Shown piece by piece: positions 35,392-45,955 of a stretch of DNA of 64,000 bases. Positions within the stretch are counted from its first letter, which is position 1. Every line of letters begins with the position of its first letter. The notes beneath the pieces are model-generated. The model saw only the letters and a list, made by a program, of their open reading frames with translations, was not told the origin of the DNA and did not search any database. The stretch is from Leucoraja erinacea (lineage: Eukaryota). Both the position numbers and the translations under genes were made by a program. The stretch covers positions 20,708,001-20,772,000 of the forward strand of contig NC_073393.1 of assembly GCF_028641065.1 (NCBI RefSeq), in the 5' to 3' direction.

Positions 35392-35825
35392 TTATCTGTT
35401 TCCAACACCCACCACGGTCAGAAATGGGGAAGTTTCTTGACGTCCGCTTAAAGTTCCAGTCCAAAGCCAGCTCCTCGGCAAATGATGAGAAGATGGCGAA
35501 TTTCTCCGACCCAGCGGTCAACAGATTCAACTGTGGCGGTGAGCGAAGCCCGCTCCTCACCAAAGATCATTGCTCCTCACTGCCGCTGAGACACCGCCTG
35601 ACTCCTTGACGACGCCGCCGCGCGGTCACGTGAGAGGCCGACCTTATCAGTTTCCCACCTCTTCGCGAGCCGAGCCGTTATGGCCGCCGCTGTGGAGATT
35701 GTGCCCGCCCGTGGAGACTTGTTCTCGTCCGTGGAGACTTGTTCTCACCCTCCCCTCCCCAAACGGAGCCGGAGACTGAGGTCGATTTCGTAGATAAAAC
35801 GCGCTGGCGAGCCGAAGCGTGCTGG
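35392..35825 (-). promoter_or_regulatory. CpG-rich putative promoter / non-coding exon 1 of UGT copy C
   Basis: Paralog of 25195-25620; minus-strand donor-like TAA|GTAACA at 35392/35391. Confidence 0.45.
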
Positions 35826-37663
35826 GGATGGGGCAATCTGGAAAAGGGGGAGAAATGTGAAGTTTATTGTGCAGAAACTACTGAGGACTATAATAAAGGT
35901 ACAAGAGTGGTCATATAAATGGGGATTCAAATTTTCTGTGGAAAAGACAAAGATAATGTTTTTTACTGATAAGAAAATTGGTAGTGAGGTGAAATTAAAA
36001 TTATATAACCAGGAATTGGACAGAATAAAATACTATAAATGTTTAGGTTTATGGTTTGATGAGAGGATTACATGGATGGTTCATATTCAGAAAGTAGTGG
36101 ACAAATGTAAGAAGATACTTAATGTAATGAGATGTTTAGTTGGATGTGATTGGGGGGCAGATAGAACAGCTTTGTAGGCTGTATACACAGGGTTAATTAG
36201 ATCTGTGTTAGATTATGGTTGTGTGGTGTATGGGTCCGCATCAAGTACTTCTCTTAAGAAAATAGACAACATTCAATATCGGGCATTGAGAATATGTACA
36301 GGTGCAATAAAAACAACAACAACAGCAGCATTACAGGTTGAAATGGGGGAGATGCCTCTAGAGATGAGAAGGATACAGCTTTCATTGAATTACTGGATTA
36401 ACCTACAGGGCCACAGTCAAGAACACCCAGCACAAGTTACTGTCAAACCATGCTGGGAAAAGGAGAGAAGGGAAACAAAAAGTTTTGGATGGACAGTGAC
36501 CCAGAGAGCATTACAAATCAGCATAGCACAATTAAATGTGGTTCCAACGGTTCCATTACCTTCAATTCCACCTTGGATACTTCCAGATGCAACAGTAGAC
36601 TTTAGAATATTAGAACAGAAAAACAAGGATAAACAACATATGTATAATTCAGTCATCATACAGGAATACATTGACAGATACTACAGTTTTGTCCAAATTT
36701 ATACAGATGCATCAAAAGATTCAGTAGATAAAGTAGGAGTAGCATTTGTTGTACCAGAATTTCACATCAAAGTAGGGAAGAGGATTAATAATGAGGTCTC
36801 AGTATACACAGGTGAAATGATTGCAATATTGTTAGCGGTACATTGGGTCGAGGATACTAGGCCTTTAAGGACAGTTATTTGTTCAGATTCAAGTTTAGCA
36901 ATAAAGAGTTTACAGCACAGCCATTCAGACAGTAGACCACACATTTTTATTGATATACAACAAACACTATTCAGAATTCAAATGATGGGGCTTACAGTCA
37001 TATTTTTATGGGTACCAGCACACATTGGCATTAGAGGAAACAAAATGGCAGATAAGGTAGCAAAAGAGGTAACAAAAAGAAGTAAGATTGATTTAAGTAT
37101 TAACATAGGTAAAACTGAAATCAAATACATTATTAAGCAAAGACTGAAGGAAAGATAGCAAAAGCAATGGGAGGAAGAGCGGAAAGGACGGTGGTTCTAC
37201 AGCGTCCAGGGGAAAGTGGGAGAAATGAGATGTGCAGGAAAAAACAGAAAAGAGGAGACAGTAATTTCAAGAATTAGATTTGGACACACTGGTCTGAACA
37301 GTACACTTTTTATAATAGGCAAGCATAATACAGGCAGATGTGAATACTGTGGGCAAGAAAAGACAATAGAGCATGTCATTGTACATTGTTATAGTATGAG
37401 GAGGAGAGAGGACGGATGAGTGAGCAGTTCAGAAAAGAAAGAGTACAATTTGATTTGGTAGATATTTTGCAAGGGAGTTCATATAAGTGCTATCAAATCC
37501 TGTTGCTTTTTCTTAGGGTAACCAATTTGTTCGGAAGGATAGAGGTTATTAGTATATGTAATGGTGTTGTTTGATCCACACTCCATGCCAGTTGGTGGCG
37601 GTAATGCACCAAAAATGTTTTTTGCCAACCGCCAAAAAACACTACATAGAAGAAGAAGAAGAA
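35826..37663 (+). mobile_element. 5'-truncated I-group (Nimb-like) LINE: RT C-terminus, RNase H and CCHC finger
   Basis: One frame beginning at DGAIW (just after the RT catalytic motif), with in-frame stops at 36175 and 37156. RNase H motifs IYTDAS, SVYTGE, CSDS, WVPAHIGIRGN..AD; CEYC...EHV..HC; (GAA)n tail; TSD gaagcgtgctgg at 35814-35825 and 37664-37675. Confidence 0.92.
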
Positions 37664-39060
37664 GAAGCGTGCTGGATTCGACGTTATGAGGGGGAAGGAG
37701 GGACGTGGATGAGGCCACATCGGGGTCAGAGAGTTTGTGGTGCGGTCAGTCAGTGCACTGGAATGAGGACGGGGAACGGAGACACAAGAGGCTGCAGATT
37801 CTGGAAGTTTCAACAAAGCACGCAGTGCTGGAGGAGCTCAGCGGGTCAGGCAGCACCTGTGAGGAAATGGACAGACAACATTTCGGGTTTGGACCCATAG
37901 AAGCATAGAAAATAGGTACAGGAGGAGCCATTCGGCCCTTCGAACCAGCATTAGCCATTCATTTTGATCATGGCTGATCGTCCCCAATCAATGATTATAA
38001 CACTTCATGCTTATTCATTTGTTCCCATTGTTCCCCTGACATCTTCCAGCTCTGAATTATAAATATGGAAAGTAAGAAAACTAAACATCCTATCTTACAA
38101 AAATCCACCAGATGAGGATACCTACTATTTAAATGAAAATGTGTCCTGCATGAAGTACAGCAGTTCAAAGATTTAATCTTTTCATGCTGAGCAGTGCATG
38201 AAAGTGCTGGTTCGAAGGGCTAAATAGCTTCTCCTGCACCTATTTTCTATGTTTCTATGGATCCCAACCCATGCCTGCCCTCCCCATATCCCTTGATTCC
38301 ACTAGCTCCAAGAGCTCTATCTAACTCTTAAATCCATCCAGGGATTTGGCCTCCACTTCCCTTTGTGGCAGGGAATTCCACAAATTCACAACTCTCTCGG
38401 TGAAAACGTTTTTTCTCACCTCAGTCTTAAATGGCTTCCCCTTTATTCTAAGACTGCCCCTCAGATTGCTGGAGTAGGGGGTGGGAGTAATTGAGTGAGG
38501 CCACATGCAATTGGACGAACAACACCATTTATTCATTTAATATTTTTCATCCTAATGGTTTGAACATTGAATTTTCCAATTTCAAGTAAGACCCCCCCCC
38601 CATTTCTTTCTCTGCACCTCTGCTGTTGCACACACTTTCTCCCACCCCATTCACCCGGCTCGTTTCCCCTCCTCCCTAGGTACATCTCCCACCCATGAGT
38701 CCCCACCCCCTCTTTCAGCCCCCTCCCTGCTTTCTGCCCCTCCCCCCTTTCACTTGCTCCAGGTTTATATTTCATTCCTCATTTTCTATTGTTATCTGAC
38801 ACCCTTTTGTCACTTATTCTGCCCATATGCTCACAGATGGGAAAGGGTTGGTCTATAGGTAGACATGGCAACATTGGCAGTGCATGAGATAAGATTGGAG
38901 CCAGGCAACTGGTGCTGTGAAGCAGCCTTGCCTCTGCCCTGTATTGCTACTGTTAATGTCTGGTGTGAATTACCTCAATCACTGAGCCTACAACCTATTT
39001 TCAATACAAAATGTATTTCTCATTCTTGCACAGCTCCTTGATTTTGTATTTCAAGCAGTT

Positions 39061-39555
39061 TCAAAAGATCAAGGAGTTGGGGACGAGTTTTGAGGGAATG
39101 ATAGTGTTGAATGCCGAGCTGAGGTCAATGAAGAGCCTTCCCACATATGTATTCCATTTGTCCAGGTGGGTGAGCGCAGTGTGAGTTGCCATGGCTATGG
39201 CATCGTCCGTGACCCTGTTTGGTATATATGCAAACTGAAGAGGGTCCAAGGTGTCGGGGAGAGAGGAGCAGATGTGAGTTTCGACTAGCCGCTCGAAGCA
39301 CTTCATGATGACTGATGTCAGTGCGACAGGACGGTAGTCATTTAAACAGGAGATTAACGGTTTCTTTGGAACAGGAACAATGATGGATGCTTTGAAGGGA
39401 GTGGGAACCGCAGACTGACTCAGGGAGAGCTTGAAGATGTTGGTGAACACCTCTGCCAGTTGATCAGCGCACGCCCTGAGAGCCCGCCCTGGAATACCAT
39501 CCGGCCCTGGAGCTTTGCGGTCATTGACCTTTTTGAAGGACTGCCTCATGTCTGC
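39061..39555 (-). mobile_element. Rex1/Babar LINE RT fragment
   Basis: [75 protein letters not shown]. Confidence 0.9.
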
Positions 39556-39569
39556 CGTTTGTAGGGTAG

Positions 39570-40205
39570 TATCGAATTCGATAGTAAAGAAAGCAAACTC
39601 AATGCTAGCATTTATTTCAAGAAGACTTGTATACAAAAACAGGGATCTAACGCTGAGGCTCTATAAGGAGCTGGTAAGGCCGCATTTGGAATATTGTGAG
39701 CAATTTTGGGCACCATATCTGAGGAAGGATGTGGTGGCTCTAGAGAGGGTCCAGAGAAGTTTACAAGAATAATCCTAGGAATGAGCAGGTTAACCTATGA
39801 TGAGCATTTGTCGACACTAGGCCTGTACTCGCTGGAGTTAAGAAGAATGAAACATACAGAATAGTGAAAGACTTGGATAGAGTGGATGTGGAGAGGATGT
39901 TTCCACTAGTGGGAGAGTCTAGGACCAGAGGTCATAGCCTCAGAATTAAAGGACGGTCTTTTAGGAAGGAGATAAGGAGAATTTTTTTTAGTCAGAGGGT
40001 GGTGAATCTGTGGAATTCTTTGCCACAGAAGTCTGTGGAGGCCTAGTCAGTGGATATTTTTAAGGCAGAGATAGATAGATTCTTGATCAGTACAGGTGTC
40101 AGAGGTTATGGAGAGAAGGCAAGAGAATGGGGGAGAGATAGATCAGCCATGATTGATTGGAGCAGTAGACTTGATGGGCCGAATGGCCCAATTCTACTAC
40201 TATCA
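39570..40205 (+). mobile_element. CR1-type LINE 3' fragment
   Basis: [13 protein letters not shown]...LYK.LVRPHLEYC.QFWAPYLRKD..ALERVQR; RTRGHSL; FFSQRVVNLWNSLP. Confidence 0.88.
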
Positions 40206-41209
40206 CTTACGATATACCATTTTGCAGTGAAGAAATAGGGTAGATAGACTTTTTGCCAGGATGGGAGTATGACACTAGAGGGCACGACTTTAATGTTTTA
40301 AAGAGATCTGGGTGGCAGCTTTTTCACACAGAGGATGGTGGTATATGGAGCAAACTGCCAGAGGGGGCAGTAGAGGCTGGCAAAAATTGCAGCATTTAAA
40401 AAGCATATGGACTTATATGGATAGGAAAGGTAGAGAAAGATATGGCACAAATGCAGGAAAATGGGATGAGCTGATATGAGCATCTCAGTGGCATGGACGT
40501 CTCATACCGAAGGGCCTATTTCCAAATCATATGACTATAATTCAGTCATTGAGAAGTTTCCCTATAATACTGCAATAATACTCTTTTTTATAAAAGTTAT
40601 AAATTTATTATATCGGAAGACTGTTTTCGTTCTACAAGCTACTCAATAAAATGGAGGAATAAAGAATGTGTTAATTTAGTCATTAATGTGGGTCTCACGC
40701 TGATGATTTCATGCCAAAAGTGGCTCCTTACCAGTGAAAATCACTGTACTGAAACACTGCCCTAGCGTGTAAATCCCAGCATGTATCCTTGTTTTAGATT
40801 CCCAGAATCACACAAATTTACTACATAGAAGGAGTTATTTCTACCTATTTTGTTGATATCATCCAGTAATGAAGCTATTTTCAGTATTCTACTACCTAAA
40901 TCTCAGTCCTTAAGCTTATTGGTTGTGACTTTCCGGGTATGTATTAAATATGATAAAGACCTGCCATTTTCTCTGATTTAGACAGTAAGTTCCAGGTTGG
41001 CATTTCTGAAGGATGAAAGCAACCTTCAATTTTCCTTTAAGCCATCTACTAATTAAACAAATCTATCTCTGTGCAAAAGGAAACATCCTTCCTACTCAAC
41101 TTGCTTAATATTATACACCTCAATTAAATCCTCTTCGCCCAAAAATGAAATTAAACACAGACTCATCATCTCTTGTCATAACTTTAACTTCCAGTCCTAA
41201 CAACTGTCA

Positions 41210-41454
41210 ATGGCGCAGCCACTAGAGCTGATTCCTCATCATTCCAGCGAACTGGTTCAACCCTGACCTTGGGTACTGTCTGTGTGGAATTGGTATATTT
41301 TCTCTATGACCGTTTTGGTTTCTTCTGTTTCCTCCCACACCCACAGTAGTACAAGTTTTTGGGGTAATTGGCTGCTGCAAAAATTAACCCAAATGTGTTG
41401 TAGAATCTGGGACACATTGATGGAAATTTAATTAGGATTAAGGTTACAGGTGCA
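41210..41454 (+). mobile_element. Decayed tRNA-derived SINE
   Basis: tggcgcagc head, ggttcaaccc B-box-like motif, gtttcctcccacaccc central motif shared with the SINE at 13.4-13.9 kb. Confidence 0.6.
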
Positions 41455-41457
41455 TAA

Positions 41458-41663
41458 TGCCCCTGTCCCACTTAGGAAACCTGAACGGAAACCTCTGGAG
41501 AATTTGCGCCCCACCCAAGGTTTCCGTGCAGTTCTCGGAGGTTGCAGGTAGTGGAAGCAGGTAGGGAGACTGACAAAAACCTCTGGGAACCGCACGGAAA
41601 CCTTGGGTGGGGCGCAAAGTCTCCAGTGGTTTCCGTTCAGATTTTTTAAGTGGGACAGGGGCA
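41458..41663. mobile_element. MITE, PIF/Harbinger-like, TIRs of about 84 bp
   Basis: tgcccctgtcccactta... / ...taagtgggacaggggca, flanked by taa and tta. Confidence 0.8.
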
Positions 41664-41702
41664 TTATGCACATGTAACCTTTATACTATTTAAATTTCCA
41701 TC

Positions 41703-42009
41703 GAAAATCCGCCAACGTTCAGCGAGGTCCGAGTCAAAAATCAGAGGATCAGGTTTACGGAATGAGCTGGCCATGGCAACATGAGAAGAGGGACAAAACG
41801 GGTGAAAATAAAACACTGGAAATAAATAAAAACCGATATACTTAAACGCGGAATGGGTTAACCACGGCTGACACCATGTTGAATGAATCAAACATACTCA
41901 CTGATCTGGTATAACAGTATTTATTGAGTAACGCATTCAGCACACTACAGCATATGACATCTACTGTATGGCAGCACATGTCGGTTTGCGATAATGATAA
42001 AGCATTACA
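41703..42009 (-). mobile_element. Gypsy-like LTR retrotransposon 5' stub (LTR, PBS, start of gag)
   Basis: Minus strand TGTAAT...AATAAA...TCAACA (41877-42009), followed directly by PBS TGGTGTCAG (41868-41876), then ATG at 41774 giving MASSFRKPDPLIFDSDLAERWRIF, which resembles a gag N-terminus. Confidence 0.7.
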
Positions 42010-42037
42010 TTGGTTAGTAAGTAAAGTATCCAATCTA

Positions 42038-43165
42038 CAGACACAAAATGCTGGAGTAACTCAGCGGGACAGGCAGCATCTCAGGGGAGAAGGAATGGGT
42101 GACATTATGGGTCGAGACTCTTCCGACATGTCAGGGGTGTAGGCAGTACATAGATAAGGAAGTGTATAGATAAGGAAGAAAACACAAAAGGAAATGCAGA
42201 TCAAGGAAAATGTAGAATCGATCATTGTTGGGAGTAGGTAACAACAAACATAAAATGTAGTCGGAGACAGTGACTGGTCGGAAAACTGAGAAGGGGGAGG
42301 GGATGGAGATAGGGGGAAAGCAAGGGCTACTTGAAGTTAGAGAAGTCAATGGTCATACTGCTGGGGTGTAAGCTGCCCAAGTGAAATATGAGGTGCTGTT
42401 CCTCCAATTTGTCCTGGGTCTCACTCTGACAATGGAGGAGGCCCAGGACAGAAAGGTCAGTGTGGGAATGGGAGGGGGAGTTAAAGAGTTGAGCAACCGG
42501 GAGATCAGGCTGGTTAAGACGGACTGAGCGGAGGTATTCAGCGAAACGATCGGCGAGCCTGCGCTTGGTCTCGCCGATACACAGGAGTCCACACCTGGAA
42601 CAGCGGATAGAGTAGATGAGGTTGGAGGAGGTGCAAGTGAACCTCTGTCTCTCCTGAAAAGACTGTTGGGGTCCTTGGACGAAGTTGATGGGGGAGGTAT
42701 AGGGACAGGTGTTGCATCTCCTGCGGTTGCAGGGGAAAGTACGTGGGGAGGGGGTGGTTTGGGTGGGAAGCGACGAGTTGACATGGGAGTTGTGGAGGGA
42801 ACGGTCTCTGCGGAAAGGGGTGGAGATGGGAAGATTTGGCTAGTAGTGGGATCCCGTTGGAGGTAGCAAAAATGATGGAGGATTATGTGCTGAATGCGAT
42901 GGCTGATGGGGTGGAAGGTGAGGACAAGGGGGTCTCTGTCCCTGTTGTGAATGGGGGGAGGAGGAGCAAGAGCGGAGCAGGATAGTGAGGGCCTCATCTG
43001 TAATGGAAGCGTGGAACCCCGTTCCCTAAAGAATGACATCTCTGATGACCTGGTATGGAACACCTCATCTTGGGCACAGATGCGACGTTGATGGAGAAAT
43101 TGTGAGTAGGGGATAGAGTATCGAAGACAAGGTGGGAAGAAGGATAGTCTAGATAGCTATGCGAG
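42038..43165 (-). mobile_element. Penelope-like element 3' portion
   Basis: YYKPTDSHSYLDY.SSH, PLVLTFHPIS.RIQHII; reverse complement of the GIY-YIG region seen at 8200-9100; degenerate hammerhead tail at ~42040-42125. Confidence 0.85.
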
Positions 43166-43929
43166 TCAGTGGGTTTATAATAGATATAATACTGTAGATC
43201 CTTTTTGAACATATATGATTTGACTGTGGTAAAGAATGCCCCAATTCCACATTTGAAATTCCATAATCATTCCCAATGTCTAGGAAATCCCAGATCAGGT
43301 GTCAAAGTCTTAGGATAAAGGGTAAGCCAATTAAGACTGATGACAAATTTAATTTCCCTGAACGCAAGCAAGAATGTTATTGTGGACACTCTGGTTGTAC
43401 TGTCTGAGGAGCTAGTGCTATCTTCAGTATGCAGAGGTGAATACTGACTGGAGAAGGTGATGCACTCTGGAAACTACAATATCACCTTGTGTGTCGTCTT
43501 AATTTGCTGAGCAGTCATCCATTTCTACTACTTCTGTGTATACTTAAGTAGGGAGCATATGTTGAAACATGTTATTTAAGTAACATGACAATTGAAGGTA
43601 CTATTATAATACTTGTTGCCACTGAAGTCTGAAATGTGTTCAAATTGTACATTTTTTCAGTACATGTGGCAGTCTACAATGTGAGACGCACCCCAAATTT
43701 CTGGTGTTCTACAGTGTGTCTCTATGACTCTCCCACCTCTCCACAGGTGTTACAATCCAATGTCTTAATGGCGAATTGTATCTAGCACGTATCTGGGCAT
43801 GTGCTTTGACCAGGAAATGTGTCACAGCTGAAACTAATTTAGTCTTTATCATAAAAATCAAACACTGACCAATTTGATTTCCACAGTCAAAATTTAAAAT
43901 ATTCATATATTTGAAATAAAACCATAAAC

Positions 43930-44940
43930 AGAATAGTCATACAGCCTGGAAATGGGCCATTTAGACCAGTAAGTCCATGCAAATCAGGATCTGTGTGCCA
44001 TTTGCCCATGTTTGGCTCATATTCCTCTAAACCTTTCCTATCCATGTACCTTCCCATGTCTTTTAAATGCTGTTATAGTACTTGCCTCAACCACTTCCTC
44101 TAGCAGCTTGTCCCATGTACCCACGACCTTCTGAGTGAAAAAGTTGCCCCTCAGTTTCTTATTATATCTTTACTCTCTCACCTTAAAATTATGTCCTCTG
44201 ATTCTTGATTCCTCTACCCTGGGAAAAAGGCACTGTGCATTCACTTCTAATTCCCTCACGATTTTAGACACCTCTATATAATCACACCTCAGACTCTTGC
44301 CCTCCAAAGAATAAAGTGTTAGCTTGCCATCCCCTCCCTATAGCTTAGTCCCTTGAGGCCTGGCAACATGCCTGTAAATCTTCTCCACTCTTTAAAGCTT
44401 AATGACATCTTTCCAATAGCAAGGTCATCAAAATTGAACACAGTACTGCAAATGTGGCCCCACCAATGTCCTGTACAACTGTTCCATAACATTCCAACCT
44501 TTATACTTAATACCCTGACTCTTGATGACCAATCTACCAAAAGCCTTCTTTACTATCCTATCTACCTGTGACATCACCTTCAGGGAATTGTGTACCTGCA
44601 CTCCCAGATCCCTTTGCTCTACAACACTCCCCAGAGCCTTCCGTTCAGGACCTGTGCCATAGTTTGACATAATTTTTAACCATAACCATCAAGATTCGCT
44701 AGCAATGATACTTTAGTTACATTTGCAAACTTATTAATCATACCTTGTACATTCTCATCTAGATCATTGATATAAAACACTTGCAGCCCAACACCGATCC
44801 CTGAGGCACACTACTAGTCACAGGCCTCCAGCCCGAAAAATAACCTTCCATCACCATCTTATGCTTCCTTCAATGAATCCAATTATGCATTCAGTCAGCT
44901 AGCTCTCCCTTGATCTCGTGCGATCTAATCTTCCAGAGCA
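43930..44940 (-). mobile_element. CR1-type LINE 3' fragment
   Basis: EQRDLGVQVHNSLKV..QVDR.VKKA, LYRTLV.PHLQYCVQF; SVPQGSVLG remnant near 44790-44810. Confidence 0.8.
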
Positions 44941-45763
44941 ACTTCCAAGTTAAGCAACATCTGTGGAAAGCAAGACAGAGTTAAAGAGAATCAGAAAGGG
45001 GAAGTGTCTGCAGAAGAGTCCCGACCTGAAACGTTACAAATCCATGTTCTGCAGAGATGCTGCCTGATCCACTGAGCTACTCTAGTACTTTGTGACTTTT
45101 TTTGTAAACCAGCATCTGCAGTTCCTTGTGTCTAAGGGAAAGCTATCTGGCCTGATGAGTGTTTTGAGAATATTCTGTTTTTACTTTCAATCTACATTTT
45201 TCATGCACAAGTGTGCCAGCAAGGATCACTTTGATGGTGAACAGAATGGGAATTCCTGCTAAATTCCCCTCCCTAAACTAGGTGTAACCAGACAACAGTA
45301 TATTATTAGATTGAAATCAACTTTGTTGACACCAATTGTGATCAAACTTGGAAACGTCCTAATTTGAGTGGCTTAATATAATACAAGGTAGACATCCCAC
45401 CCTGCTTCACGATAATCACTCCACACTCTTGATTTTGCTGTAGAAGTATTAGTTTGTGAGTACATGGGCTGTTAATGGAATTAAATTAAGGCATTATGAA
45501 AGGGTTGTATAAAGGATAAGATGTTCTAGTCATAACACAGGGGTTTCAGAATTTGAACTTGGTTTAAATAAATTTAAACTAAAAAGCTCACATCAGTGCA
45601 AGTAACCAAGGGGCTATTGAACCATGAAAAGAGAATATGACAGTAGTCCATATTTGTTCAGAAAAAGTTTGAAATGAAAGTAAAGGGTAGTTAAAGATTA
45701 ATCATATTGGGAGTGGAGCCAGTTACAGGTCCAGCAAAAGTAGTTATGCTGCTGCCCCCCCCC

Positions 45764-45955
45764 GCCACACTTTTCAGTTTTTTACTTGTAAAAAAATTTG
45801 AAAACCATGTATCATTTTCCTTCCACTTCACAATTATGCGCCACTTTGTGTTGGTCTATCGCATAAAATCCCAATAAAATACATTTACGTTTGTGGTTGT
45901 AACGTGACAAAATGTGGAAAAGTTCAAGGGGTATGAAAACTTTTACAAGCCACTG
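45764..45955 (+). mobile_element. Tc1-like DNA transposon right end (about 190 bp)
   Basis: Ends aaaagttcaaggggtatgaaaacttttacaagccactg followed by TA; resembles the long TIRs of fish Tc1 elements. No partner end was seen. Confidence 0.7.

Noticed and set aside
36205-37158. 317-aa RNase H ORF as a domesticated gene
   Set aside because: It is bounded by in-frame stops inside a 5'-truncated LINE with TSD and tail, and has no start context of its own.
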